A DNA stretch of 32,226 nt from Dehalococcoidia bacterium (GCA_022865685.1 JALHUB010000301.1:1-32226), one strand, 5' to 3'. Positions 1 to 10,098 are shown, numbered from the stretch's first letter. Notes: generated by a model not told the origin, from the sequence alone. Translations and numbers: made by a program.

Positions 1-387
1 GATGCCGCCGCTGGTGAGGGCGTCGAGCCAGAGGCGCATTCGCAGCACCATCTCACCCGACCGTTCTTTGAGGCCGTCGCCCGGTGTCACCGCGAGAACC
101 TGAACCAGCAGCTCCGAGGCGCCCACCAGGAGCGCGAGCGTATGGATAAAGACCGCGCGCCAGGGCAACCGCGCGAGAACGTAGCCGGTCGCAACGCCGA
201 ACACCGCTATCGGGTAGAGCGAGGGCATGTCCTCGACCCAGCCGGCGTTGTCGATAGCAGCGACTACGCTCAGGGAGATGGCAAGGACCATGAGGAGCGT
301 GACCGCGTCGCGCCAGGGGAACAGCCGGCTCACCGCGCCTGTTCTGGGCTCCATTTCGGTCGAATGGAGTGTCGCCAAAGCCGTCAT
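1..387 (-). CDS. N-terminal membrane part of a probable transglutaminase-like (TgpA/DUF3488-type) protein, truncated by the window edge
   Basis: Not in the ORF track. ATG at 387 overlaps the DUF58 stop (ATGA) and the frame stays open to base 1: MTALATLHSTEMEPRTGAVSRLFPWRDAVTLLMVLAISLSVVAAIDNAGW..., with several hydrophobic segments. Product inferred from the MoxR-DUF58-transglutaminase gene order; the catalytic domain is outside the window. Confidence 0.7.
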   Translation of the reverse strand, partial: MTALATLHSTEMEPRTGAVSRLFPWRDAVTLLMVLAISLSVVAAIDNAGWVEDMPSLYPIAVFGVATGYVLARLPWRAVFIHTLALLVGASELLVQVLAVTPGDGLKERSGEMVLRMRLWLDALTSGGI

Positions 388-1652
388 GGGTCGCTCCCGG
401 CCACCGCTGATAGCGAGGGTCGCCGGACGTCGCTCGATGCGGATGCGAGAGCGGTACCGAGGTCGCCGCCGCGCTTTACAACCGACGTGTGGATGCCCGC
501 CGCCGCCAGCGCGCCGAAGACGACGAGCGAATCGCGCTCGGCGCCGAACGTGCCCGGCTCGATGATGACGGCCGCCAGCTTGGCGCCACGCTCCGCGGAC
601 ACCCGCAGGCTGAGCACCCAGTCGTCCTGCGTCGACGGCGTGATCACTACGACAGTGCTATGCTGCCCGAAGCGCTTCCCTTCCTCGTTGAGGAGCTGCG
701 CTAGAGAGACGTCGCCGGTGGCCCGCATCATCGCCAGCGATTCCAGGATGCGCACGTATTGCGCCAACCCTCGCTCGGGCGGAACGAGGTGCGGGGTCTG
801 CCCGAAGGCCATCAGCCCGATGGAGCGGCTGCTCCGGCAGAAATGGTTGGCAATCGAGGCCGCGAGCGTGACCGCGGACTCCTCGGTCGACTCGTCGCCG
901 CTGCCGGCCTGCGTCTTCGCTTCCAGGTCCATGACGATCCAGACGTCGCTGGCGGGGTCCATCTCGAAGAGCTTGACCATGAGCTCGCGCGTGCGGGCCG
1001 TGCTCGGCCAGTGGATGCGGTTGTAGCTGTCGCCGAAGGCGTACTGACGGACGCTGACGGCATTCGACGTGACGTAGTGCGTCGGCCTGTGCAACGGCCC
1101 CTCGCCGAGCAGTTCCGCCGGCGGCAGGTGGACGCCGCTGAGCTCGACGGGTCGCGGGTAGACCAGGACGGTCTGCGGCCGGCCGAGGGACTTCGTGAAG
1201 CGGAAGAGGCCGAAGGGGTCGCCGCTTGTCACGGTGACGCGGCCCAGCGTATACAGGCCGCGCCGTCCGCAGGTGCTGACCGCTTTCCAGGAGCGTCGCT
1301 GCCGCGGCCGGAGGGAGACGACGCGTCGGATCGCGTGCCCCGGCAGGTCCGAAGGCTCGTCGACCTCCAGCCACAGCTTCGACAGCCAGCTCCGGTTCTG
1401 AATGGACACGCGTTCGCTCAGCGGTTGTCCCTGTTGCAGCCGGTCTGTCGCGCGCTCGATCTCGGCGTGGACGCCCCAGAGGCTCAGGCGAGCCCAGAGG
1501 AGGCAGAGCGGCAGCGCCAGCAGGATGACGTAGGCGAGCCGGAACGGTAGCCAGAAGCCGGTGGCGAAGGCGGGAACGAGGGATGCGACAAGGATGACAC
1601 ACAGCACCAGGACGGAGCGGTAGCGCCGGAAGAATCTTCGGGAAGCGGCCAT
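384..1652 (-). CDS. DUF58 domain-containing protein (MoxR-associated, vWA-like)
   Basis: Motifs RRGLYTLG..DPFGLF, VRQYAFGDSYNRIHWPSTAR and LMVKLFE; N-terminal TM segments. Start placed at ATG 1652 (MAASRRF), preceded by RBS AAGGGAG. Confidence 0.9.
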   Translation of the reverse strand: MAASRRFFRRYRSVLVLCVILVASLVPAFATGFWLPFRLAYVILLALPLCLLWARLSLWGVHAEIERATDRLQQGQPLSERVSIQNRSWLSKLWLEVDEPSDLPGHAIRRVVSLRPRQRRSWKAVSTCGRRGLYTLGRVTVTSGDPFGLFRFTKSLGRPQTVLVYPRPVELSGVHLPPAELLGEGPLHRPTHYVTSNAVSVRQYAFGDSYNRIHWPSTARTRELMVKLFEMDPASDVWIVMDLEAKTQAGSGDESTEESAVTLAASIANHFCRSSRSIGLMAFGQTPHLVPPERGLAQYVRILESLAMMRATGDVSLAQLLNEEGKRFGQHSTVVVITPSTQDDWVLSLRVSAERGAKLAAVIIEPGTFGAERDSLVVFGALAAAGIHTSVVKRGGDLGTALASASSDVRRPSLSAVAGSDP

Positions 1653-1678
1653 GGCTGTCACTCCCTTGTGGAGGCGCC

Positions 1679-2638
<960 letters not shown>

Positions 2639-2665
2639 GTCGGCCCTCCGTGTGGAATTACGTCA

Positions 2666-2674
2666 ATTATAACA
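2666..2674 (-). promoter_or_regulatory. Extended -10 promoter element for the moxR operon
   Basis: Minus strand reads TGtTATAAT about 28 nt upstream of the moxR start. Confidence 0.6.
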
Positions 2675-2841
2675 ACTTATCCATGCTGTCACTCTATCCC
2701 CGCAGTCAACCGGGCGCTTGACGCTTCCCCGACGGCGGTCGTGCGATTGCCCTACGCCTTCGGCAGCCCGGCGCGGTGCCGTTTGCGATTCTGCCGGATA
2801 AGTGGTAAATTCGTCCTTTAGACCTCTAGAAGGGCCGCAGG

Positions 2842-3711
2842 ATGCAAGCCGTCAAACCCGACACCGATTACCGGATCGAACAGTTCACCATCTTTAACGA
2901 CCGCGAGACCGACTTCTACCTCCATCGCACCGAAAAGGCCGTCTTCCAGGCCGTCCAGCGTCTGAACGGCAAGGGGACCGGCCGTCTGCTGGACGTCGGC
3001 TGCGGGCTCGGCATGCAGGCGGCGCGCCTGGCCCTCAGGGGCTGGGAAGCGTACGGAATCGACGCCTCCGACCAGATGCTGAAGCTCGGCCAGTTCCGCT
3101 TTCCGGCGGTCCACAAGAGGGTGCGCCTGGCCCGCAGCATCGCCGAGGCGCTGCCGTTTCGCGGCGGCTACTTCGACGTGGTGATGTGCCAGGGCGCGAT
3201 GGACCACTTCGCGGACAGGGGGCGCTTCGTCGCGGAGGTGGAGCGCGTGCTGAAGCCGGGCGGGCACTTCGTCGTGGCGCTGGCGAACTACGAGAGCCTG
3301 TCCTGTCGCATCGGCAAGGCGCTGGACGACCTCAGCCGCTTGCTGGGAGTGGACACGCCGCGGCGCTACCAGTTCTGGCGCATCCCGGCCGACCACACGT
3401 TTATCGGCAGCTACAAGCTGCTCAAAGGCCTCGACAACGGCACGATGCGCATCGCGCGGATCCATGGGGCGTCGATGTTCCTGTTCCTGCCGCCGTGGCG
3501 GGAGCTGCTGGAGGCGCTGCCGTTTGAGTTGGCGGCGGCCACGTTCCGCGTCGTCGACCGCGTGGCGTACCGGTTCCCGTCGGCCGCCGACGTCGTGATA
3601 GCGGCGTTGCGCAAGGAAGACCTCAGCGACCTCTTACAGCTTCGGCTAGAAGCTCGGGGGAACGGGAAGAAACGAAGTAGCGCCGTACCCTCGTACCTTC
3701 TGCGAGGGTGA
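2842..3711 (+). CDS. Class I SAM-dependent methyltransferase (Methyltransf_11-like)
   Basis: LLDVGCGLG, GIDASDQML, AEALPFRGGYFDVV, ERVLKPGG. The last ~29 codons overlap the convergent gene. Confidence 0.9.
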   Translation: MQAVKPDTDYRIEQFTIFNDRETDFYLHRTEKAVFQAVQRLNGKGTGRLLDVGCGLGMQAARLALRGWEAYGIDASDQMLKLGQFRFPAVHKRVRLARSIAEALPFRGGYFDVVMCQGAMDHFADRGRFVAEVERVLKPGGHFVVALANYESLSCRIGKALDDLSRLLGVDTPRRYQFWRIPADHTFIGSYKLLKGLDNGTMRIARIHGASMFLFLPPWRELLEALPFELAAATFRVVDRVAYRFPSAADVVIAALRKEDLSDLLQLRLEARGNGKKRSSAVPSYLLRG

Positions 3712-4117
3712 ATTCGACGCCTTCCGGCACGCCCGGCAGGCTCCAGGCGCGGCGGCCTCCGAGCGCATAGCGAATTCCCCAGCCGCCGTAGGTGAGCCAT
3801 CGATACTTCTTCGCCTCTACGGACTGGATCGCTGCAAGCGGAAGCGTCCTTCGGAGCATGCCGAAGGCGAACCGCAGCTCCTCATCGCTCACCGCAATTC
3901 GGAGGTATCGAAACGAGAAGAAGACGAAGACTAGCAGCGCACCCACAAGCGCCATGAACGGATAGTAGAGGGCATACGTCTGCCAGCCTACCTGCCCGGT
4001 CGCAGCGGACACCGCGACCCCTGCCACGAGCGCAGCCACCCCGAACAGGATGACAGCCTGAAGCCACAAGGGCGCAGGCACTTCCTCCTGGTACCGCAGC
4101 GGCGAGCTTGCCTTCAT
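3623..4117 (-). CDS. Membrane protein, two N-terminal TM helices plus a bacterial PH-like domain (DUF3093/DUF6141-like)
   Basis: Two hydrophobic helices, then a YGGWGIR motif and a C-terminal VSSRSPELLAEAV; RBS GAGGA. Confidence 0.75.
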   Translation of the reverse strand: MKASSPLRYQEEVPAPLWLQAVILFGVAALVAGVAVSAATGQVGWQTYALYYPFMALVGALLVFVFFSFRYLRIAVSDEELRFAFGMLRRTLPLAAIQSVEAKKYRWLTYGGWGIRYALGGRRAWSLPGVPEGVEFTLAEGTRVRRYFVSSRSPELLAEAVRGR

Positions 4118-4213
4118 AGGCGTTCCTCAACCCGTAGCTTCCTCCATCGTCGCGACGAAAGTCAAACCTTGCCCGCTATGATATGATCGTTGTACCTCGA
4201 TGGCAGGTGCACG

Positions 4214-4582
4214 ATGGACAGAGAACGATTCGAAGAGCTTGTCGAACGGGCGCTTCTCGCGCTGCCTGAGCAGTTCAGCGAGCGGCTCTCGAACATCGAT
4301 GTGGAAGTCAAGGACTACCCTAGCCCCGACGACCTTCGCGTGGCGCGTGCCCGACGCGGCCAGACGCTGCTGGGCCTATATCGCGGCATCCCCGTCACCC
4401 GGCGCGGCCTGGGCTACAACATGGCGCCGCCGGACCGCATCATCATCTTCCAGCGGCCCATCGAGCTGACCTGCCGGAGCGATGACGAGATCGTCGAGAG
4501 GGTCGGGCACGTGGTCCGGCATGAGATCGCGCACTACTTCGGCATCGACGACGAGGCGCTGCGCCGGATGGGCGCCTACTAG
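4214..4582 (+). CDS. Zincin-like metallopeptidase family protein (DUF1025-type)
   Basis: LLGLYRG, PDRIIIFQRPI, HEIAHYFGIDD (HExxH). Start moved to ATG 4214 (MDRERFEELV). Confidence 0.9.
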   Translation: MDRERFEELVERALLALPEQFSERLSNIDVEVKDYPSPDDLRVARARRGQTLLGLYRGIPVTRRGLGYNMAPPDRIIIFQRPIELTCRSDDEIVERVGHVVRHEIAHYFGIDDEALRRMGAY

Positions 4583-4596
4583 GAGACAGACCTGGC

Positions 4597-4821
4597 ATGG
4601 TCATGCTGGACGAGGACGAGGACGGCGAGCCTGAGGGCGAGGGTTGGGAGCTGGACCCGAACGACCCCAGTCATCCAGACTTCGACCTATCGGAGGCGGG
4701 CTACTCCGGCGTGGAACCCGAAGAGAGGCCGTGGCATCTGCCTCGGGCGCTCATCCTCATAGTCGCTATCCTGCTGCTCGTGGCGATGTTATGGCCGGGC
4801 TGCGCCCGCGTTCTCTACTAG
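4597..4821 (+). CDS. Small hypothetical protein, acidic N-terminus and C-terminal TM helix
   Basis: RBS AGGAGA; fits between flanking genes without overlap; D/E-rich first 45 aa then LILIVAILLLVAMLW. Confidence 0.65.
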   Translation: MVMLDEDEDGEPEGEGWELDPNDPSHPDFDLSEAGYSGVEPEERPWHLPRALILIVAILLLVAMLWPGCARVLY

Positions 4822-4831
4822 CGACCTCCGG

Positions 4832-6220
4832 CTAGACTCTCTTTGTCTTCCAGCGACCGCCCGCGAATCGGAGCCATATGAGGCCCGCGCGCACGTTCTG
4901 CTCCAGGACCGCACCGGCCCACGCGCCCGCCGGTCCCCAGCCGACGACGTGACTGAAGATGAAGGCGGCGGGAATGCGCACTGTCCAGGCCGTGAAAGTG
5001 AGCACGCCCAGGACGTAGCGGACGTCGCCGGCGCCGCGCAGGGTGCCCGAGAGCGCCATGCCCATTCCCATCATCGGGAAGGCGAGGGCGAAGACGCGCA
5101 GGCAGCGCGAGCCGATGTCGATGACCTCCGGGTCGTTCACGAACAGACCGACCATCTGCGGCGCGAAAAGTAGCACCAGCACACCCAGCCCGACCATCGT
5201 GATTAGCGCCCACTTTCGCGTTTCCTTGCCCGTTCGCTCGGCGAGGTCGGGCCGGCCCGCGCCCAGCGATTGCCCGACGACGGCCGTGCCCGCTGTCCCC
5301 AGGGCGAATCCGGGTACCTGCGCGATGTCGAGGGCGCGGAGCGCGATCGCGTGCGCTGCTGCTGCGGCGGTGCCAAAGTCGGTGATCAGGCGCGAGTAGA
5401 CGAGGAAGGCGAGGTTGAACTGAAGCTCCTCCAGACCAACGGGAATAGCGATATTAAGAAGCCGTCGCGCTTCGTCTCGGCCGAAGTGCAGCGCCTGCAG
5501 CGGGCGAAAGAGGATCGGGCCGTCGCCCCGGACCAGCACGCCGACGGCAATGAGCGCACCGGCAACACCGGCGCTGGCGATCCCGGCGCCTGCGGCTGCC
5601 GCTCCCAGCTTCGGCAGGCCGAAGACACCGCTGATCAGCAAGAAAGCCACAACGCCGTTGACGACGTTGGACACCATTATGACCAGCATCGGCGTCCTTG
5701 TGTCTCCGACGCCGCGCAGACAGCCGTTGGCCGCGAACATCAACACCATGAAGGGCATTCCCAGCGAGGTGACGCGCATGTAGTCGACGCCCGGGCCGAG
5801 CACGCCCTCTCGCGCCGCCATGAGCTGCATTAGCTGATGGGCCGCTACAACGAGGAAGAGCGAAACCGCCAGACCCCAAAGGAAAGCGAAGGTCAGGGAG
5901 GCGCGGACCGATCGTTGCAGGTCGTCGAGCGCCCGCGCGCCGGCGCTGTGGGCGACGACTATCGTCGAGCCGACGTTCACGCCCCAGGCGCCCGACAGGG
6001 GCAGCCAGAGCAGCAGTCCCGCGATACCGATAGCGGCCACGCCGTCGGAGCCGACGTACCTGCCGACAAGGACGGCGTCGACGATGCCGATGGCGGTTGT
6101 CGACAGGCGCTCGGCCACGAGCGGAGCGGAGAGACGGAGGATCGTACCGGTCAGCCGCTCTTCCCGCAAGTCAATGCCGATAGCTTCTTCGGCGCCGAGG
6201 GGTATGCCTTCGGAGGTCAA
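4832..6220 (-). CDS. MATE family efflux transporter
   Basis: About 12 TM helices; GCLRGVGDTRTPM, VGQSLGAG and LRGAGD motifs; TTG start. Confidence 0.93.
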   Translation of the reverse strand: MTSEGIPLGAEEAIGIDLREERLTGTILRLSAPLVAERLSTTAIGIVDAVLVGRYVGSDGVAAIGIAGLLLWLPLSGAWGVNVGSTIVVAHSAGARALDDLQRSVRASLTFAFLWGLAVSLFLVVAAHQLMQLMAAREGVLGPGVDYMRVTSLGMPFMVLMFAANGCLRGVGDTRTPMLVIMVSNVVNGVVAFLLISGVFGLPKLGAAAAGAGIASAGVAGALIAVGVLVRGDGPILFRPLQALHFGRDEARRLLNIAIPVGLEELQFNLAFLVYSRLITDFGTAAAAAHAIALRALDIAQVPGFALGTAGTAVVGQSLGAGRPDLAERTGKETRKWALITMVGLGVLVLLFAPQMVGLFVNDPEVIDIGSRCLRVFALAFPMMGMGMALSGTLRGAGDVRYVLGVLTFTAWTVRIPAAFIFSHVVGWGPAGAWAGAVLEQNVRAGLIWLRFAGGRWKTKRV

Positions 6221-6342
6221 CGGTGGAAAGTCCTTGTCGCTGGATGACGGATTTCCGCAATAATCGGGGACGTAGCGACAATTGTAGCGCAGGAGCTACC
6301 CCTGGCAGAAGGCCGCAGGGATTCGGTCTGCAGACGGCACGT

Positions 6343-6372
6343 TTGACAATTCCTGAGCGTCGGCACCATAAT
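6343..6372 (+). promoter_or_regulatory. Sigma70-type promoter for the CoA-transferase/thiolase operon
   Basis: TTGACA-N18-CATAAT. Confidence 0.6.
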
Positions 6373-6493
6373 TCGCTTGCCGCGGCCTCGGGAGGCGCTG
6401 AAGGCATCGGCCAAACATGACCCGAGGACGCCATTTCGACTATCCACGACCGAAGGCCCGGCCGCCCAGGCGTATCAGGGAGGTAAGAACAAG

Positions 6494-7462
6494 ATGCAGG
6501 TACTGGCTTCCGGGACGGGCGAGTTCAAGCCACCAAACCCCGACGAGATGCGAAGCTGGGTGCGCGAACACAAGGTGCGCGCGCCCGTGGACAAGGTGAT
6601 GACGGAGCACGAGGCGGTATCCCGCTTCGTCGACGACGGCGACTACATGGCATACGACATGAACATCGCCGCCAGAGGGCCCGTGTCGCTCTACCGCGAG
6701 ATCATTCGGCAGAAAAAGCGGGACCTCTGGATTGCCGCCAAGTTTAGCTGGGCGGACACGACCCTGCTGGTGGCCGGCGGCTGCGTGAACAAGGTCGACG
6801 TTGGCTGGATGGAGACGGGCGCGATCATAAACAACGCCCTGCGCGAAGACCGGCTCAAGTTCATCGAGTGGACGAACGGCGCTCTGTCCTATCGATTGCT
6901 GGCGGGCGCGCTGGGCGTGCCCTTCCTGCCGATGCGTTACGTCGGCGGCACGGACGTCTTTGAGAAGTCTGGCGCCAAGCTCGTCGAGGACCCGTACACC
7001 GGGCAGCCCATCGTGCTGGTGCCGGCTCTGAACCCGGACGTCGGCCTGATCCACGTCCACGAGTGCGACGCATTCGGAAACGCGCGCATTTACGGCGCGG
7101 GCGTGGCGCCGCGGGAGATCGCGATGGCGTCGAGGAAGCTGATCATTTCGACGGAGCAGATAATCGGCAACGATGAGATCAGGCGAAACCCGCAGCGGAC
7201 GACGATCCCCTACTACCTGGTCGACGCGGTCGTGCTGGCGCCGTTCGGCGGCTATCCGGGGAGCGTGCCCGGCCGCTACGTCGCCGATGCGGAGAACATC
7301 CTGGAGTTCGCCTTCGCGCAGATACAGGGCACGCTGGACCAGTACCTGGAGAAGTACATCTTCAGCGTCGCTTCGCACGAGGAGATGCTTGATAAGCGGG
7401 TCGGGGCTGCCAAGCTGCTCAGGCTGACACAGGAAGAGACCGTTCGGGAGGGCTACCAATGA
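6494..7462 (+). CDS. Family I CoA-transferase subunit A (GctA/CatI-like)
   Basis: DKVMTEHEAVSRFVDDGD, AGALGVPFLP, DPYTGQPIVLVPALNPDVGLIHVH..DAFGNA, IPYYLVDAVVLAPFG; ATG 6494 with GGAGG RBS. Confidence 0.9.
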   Translation: MQVLASGTGEFKPPNPDEMRSWVREHKVRAPVDKVMTEHEAVSRFVDDGDYMAYDMNIAARGPVSLYREIIRQKKRDLWIAAKFSWADTTLLVAGGCVNKVDVGWMETGAIINNALREDRLKFIEWTNGALSYRLLAGALGVPFLPMRYVGGTDVFEKSGAKLVEDPYTGQPIVLVPALNPDVGLIHVHECDAFGNARIYGAGVAPREIAMASRKLIISTEQIIGNDEIRRNPQRTTIPYYLVDAVVLAPFGGYPGSVPGRYVADAENILEFAFAQIQGTLDQYLEKYIFSVASHEEMLDKRVGAAKLLRLTQEETVREGYQ

Positions 7463-8271
7463 CTGAGCTGACCTTCACGGACCTGGAGCAGAATATCTGC
7501 ACCATCGCCAACATGATCGAGGAGGACAAGCTCTACTTCGTGCAGATGGCGGGACCGCCGCTGTTCGCGATCCTTCTCGCGAAGCGGATGCGCACGCCCG
7601 AGGTCGGCTTTCTCGTCGAAGAGGGCGCCATAGCCCCCAGCCCCAGCTTCCCCCTGCCGCGAATGATGCTGGGCGCGGCGCGGTCGCACTACCGGTCTGT
7701 CGCCTGGGAAGGGATGAACATCGTCGACGCCCACGCGGCTCTGGGCTACGTGGACTGGGGCATACTCTCGGCGGTGCAAATAGACAAGTTCGGTAACTTC
7801 AACTCGACATTCCTGGGAAAGGACTACGACCACCCGGACAGGCGCTTCGGCGGGCCCGGCGGCGCCAACGAGATCGCTTCTTGCTGCTGGGGCACGATTA
7901 TCATGACCAAGCTGGAGAAGCGCAAGTTCGTCGAGAGGGTCGACTTCGTCTCTTCGCCCGGCTACATTGACGGCTCGCCCGGCGCGCGAGAGAAGGTGGG
8001 CCTTCCTGCGAACACTGGGCCGTACCGCGTCGTCACGGAGAGGGCGCTGTTCGGCTTCGATGAGAAGACCCACATGATGAGGCTCGATGCCATCGCCCCC
8101 TGGATAACCCTCGACGAGGTGCTGGAGCGGATGGACTTCAAGCCGCTCATCGCCGAGCCGCTGGGCGTGATGCTGCCGCCCACCGAGGAGGAACTAACGA
8201 TCATCCGCGCGGAGATCGACCCGGGAGGGTACACGCTGAACCGTGGCGAGTGGCTTACGGTGACGGTTTAG
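7459..8271 (+). CDS. Family I CoA-transferase subunit B (GctB/CatJ-like)
   Basis: ATGA overlap with subunit A; LVEEG (catalytic Glu position), QIDKFGNFNST, GPGGANEIAS, FVERVDFVSSPG, GPYRVVT. Confidence 0.9.
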   Translation: MTELTFTDLEQNICTIANMIEEDKLYFVQMAGPPLFAILLAKRMRTPEVGFLVEEGAIAPSPSFPLPRMMLGAARSHYRSVAWEGMNIVDAHAALGYVDWGILSAVQIDKFGNFNSTFLGKDYDHPDRRFGGPGGANEIASCCWGTIIMTKLEKRKFVERVDFVSSPGYIDGSPGAREKVGLPANTGPYRVVTERALFGFDEKTHMMRLDAIAPWITLDEVLERMDFKPLIAEPLGVMLPPTEEELTIIRAEIDPGGYTLNRGEWLTVTV

Positions 8272-8312
8272 GTTCGTTTCGAGGCCATCGGTTCCGCCGA
8301 GAGGAGATGGGA

Positions 8313-8747
8313 ATGAGCGATTCCGGAGAAGGGTCCACGAAGCACATGGTGCCGCTGCGAGCCGGCATCTTCCGACTGCCGGACACGCCCGAGGGCAAGC
8401 CCGTGTTGCTGGGCAGTCGCTGCCCGAAGTGCGGCGCCTACTACTTCCCGAAACGGCACATATGCATCGGCTGTGGCCACGACGGCCTTGACGAGGCGGA
8501 GCTGAGCGCGCGCGGCAAGGTATGGACGTATACCATCGCCGGGCAGACGCCTCCCGGATCGCTGGTCGAGGCGCCGTACGCGCTCGCCGTCGTCGAGCTG
8601 CCGGAGAAGGTGGCGATCAGGGCGGTGCTGACCGACGTCGACCTCGATGCGGTGAGAGTGGGGATGGACGTCGAGATCACTCTGGCGAAGATGAAGGAAG
8701 ACCAGGATGGCAACGACGTCGTGTCATACAAGTTCCGGCCCGTCTAG
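8313..8747 (+). CDS. DUF35 Zn-ribbon/OB-fold protein (BbsA/ChsH2-like thiolase partner)
   Basis: GSRCPKCGAYYFPKRHICIGC (CxxC...CxxC), GKVWTYT, PYALAVVEL, VRVGMDV, YKFRP; RBS GAGGAG. Confidence 0.92.
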   Translation: MSDSGEGSTKHMVPLRAGIFRLPDTPEGKPVLLGSRCPKCGAYYFPKRHICIGCGHDGLDEAELSARGKVWTYTIAGQTPPGSLVEAPYALAVVELPEKVAIRAVLTDVDLDAVRVGMDVEITLAKMKEDQDGNDVVSYKFRPV

Positions 8748-8797
8748 GGGAGCGACGCAGAGGCCGCGGCGACCGCCGGCAAGCTAGGAGGAATACC

Positions 8798-9934
8798 GTG
8801 GGCAACGATGGCACAAGAGTAGTGGTATTGGGGGTCGGTCTCCACCCCTTCGGTCGCTTTCCCGAGAAGAGCATGTCGGACCTCGGCCGGACGGCTGCCC
8901 TGGAGGCGATGAAGGACGCCGGCGTCAGCTACAACGACATCCAGGCCGGCTATTGCGGCCGCGTGGTGGCGTCTACGGGCGTAGGGCTGAACATTTTCGA
9001 AGAGCTGGGCTCCACGGGAATCCCCGTCACCAACGTGGAGCTGGCCTGCGCCAGCTCCTCTCGCGCGGCGGAGTTCGCGGCGACGGCAATCAAGGCCGGC
9101 GTCCACGACATGTGCATGGTCGTCGGCGTCGAGAAGATGCCGCGCGGCATGCTGGACTTGGGTCAGAGCGGCGGCGGCGGAATGAGCTTCGCGGGCGCGA
9201 TGGGCTTGGCGCTCCTCCCGGGCGAGTACGCGATGCAGGCGCGACGACACATGGCGCTCCACGGCAGCAAGCGAGAGCACTTCGCACAGGTGTCCGTGAA
9301 GGCGCACAAGAACGGCTGCCTCAATCCGTACGCCCAGTACCAGGTGCCGCTCTCGCTGGAAGAGGTGATGAACTCGCGGATGGTCGCCGATCCGATCACG
9401 CTCTACCAGTGCTGCCCCACCAGCGACGGCGCATCGGCGGTTGTGCTCTGCTCGGAGGAGACGGCGCGCCGCTACACGACGAAGCCCGTCTATCTAACCG
9501 TGTCGATGGGGGCGACGCCGATCTATACGCCGGGCGAGGTGCAGCTTTCCGAAGGCCCAACTGCATGGCTGGCGCAAAGGGTGTACGAGAAGGCCGGCCT
9601 GGGCTCGGAGGACGTCGACGTAGCACAGTGCCACGATGCGTTCACGCCCGGCGAGGTGCTAACGGTCGAGAAGCTGGGTTTCTGCAAAGAGGGTGAGGGC
9701 GGCGTCTTCGTCTGGGAAGGCAACACGGAAATCACGGGCAAGAAGCCGATGAACACCGACGGCGGCCTTCTCAGTCGCGGGCACCCCATGGGCGCGACCG
9801 GCGGCGCCATGATCACTGAAATCGTGCGACAGTTGCGCGGTCAGGCGGGGCCGCGGCAGGTCGCGAATGCCAGGGTGGGCATGATCCACAACGCCGGTGT
9901 CGGCGGCATTCAATTGTCAATCCTCACGACCTAG
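8798..9934 (+). CDS. SCP-x/SCP2-type thiolase family protein (BbsB-like)
   Basis: NVELACASSS (active-site Cys), GVEKM, CCPTSDGASA, HDAF, NTDGGLLSRGHPMGATG; GTG 8798 with AGGAGG RBS. Confidence 0.92.
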   Translation: MGNDGTRVVVLGVGLHPFGRFPEKSMSDLGRTAALEAMKDAGVSYNDIQAGYCGRVVASTGVGLNIFEELGSTGIPVTNVELACASSSRAAEFAATAIKAGVHDMCMVVGVEKMPRGMLDLGQSGGGGMSFAGAMGLALLPGEYAMQARRHMALHGSKREHFAQVSVKAHKNGCLNPYAQYQVPLSLEEVMNSRMVADPITLYQCCPTSDGASAVVLCSEETARRYTTKPVYLTVSMGATPIYTPGEVQLSEGPTAWLAQRVYEKAGLGSEDVDVAQCHDAFTPGEVLTVEKLGFCKEGEGGVFVWEGNTEITGKKPMNTDGGLLSRGHPMGATGGAMITEIVRQLRGQAGPRQVANARVGMIHNAGVGGIQLSILTT

Positions 9935-9959
9935 CCCAAGGGCGAGCCCCGATAGCGCG

Positions 9960-9988
9960 TTGACGCCGTCCGATCGACGCTGTAAGAT
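9960..9988 (+). promoter_or_regulatory. Sigma70-type promoter of rex
   Basis: TTGACG-N17-TAAGAT. Confidence 0.7.
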
Positions 9989-10005
9989 TGTGCAGAAATT
10001 CGCAA
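9988..10005. promoter_or_regulatory. Rex operator (autoregulation)
   Basis: TTGTGCA-GAAA-TTCGCAA versus consensus TTGTGAA-N4-TTCACAA (2 mismatches), directly over the predicted transcription start of rex. Confidence 0.75.
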
Positions 10006-10098
10006 TCGTCGCCAAGGAGGGCGGCGCACCTCGGCGACCGGGAACGAGGCTCGTTCGGTGGTTCGTCGGGGTTGTGTGTCGTTTGTCGGAGGATGGCA

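Noticed and set aside
4147-4158. Palindrome TCGTCGCGACGA between divergent genes
   Set aside because: CG-rich palindromes are common at this composition; no second copy or matching regulator seen.
6494-8271. IpdAB steroid ring-cleaving hydrolase assignment
   Set aside because: Subunit B retains a Glu at the CoA-transferase catalytic position and no other steroid genes are adjacent.
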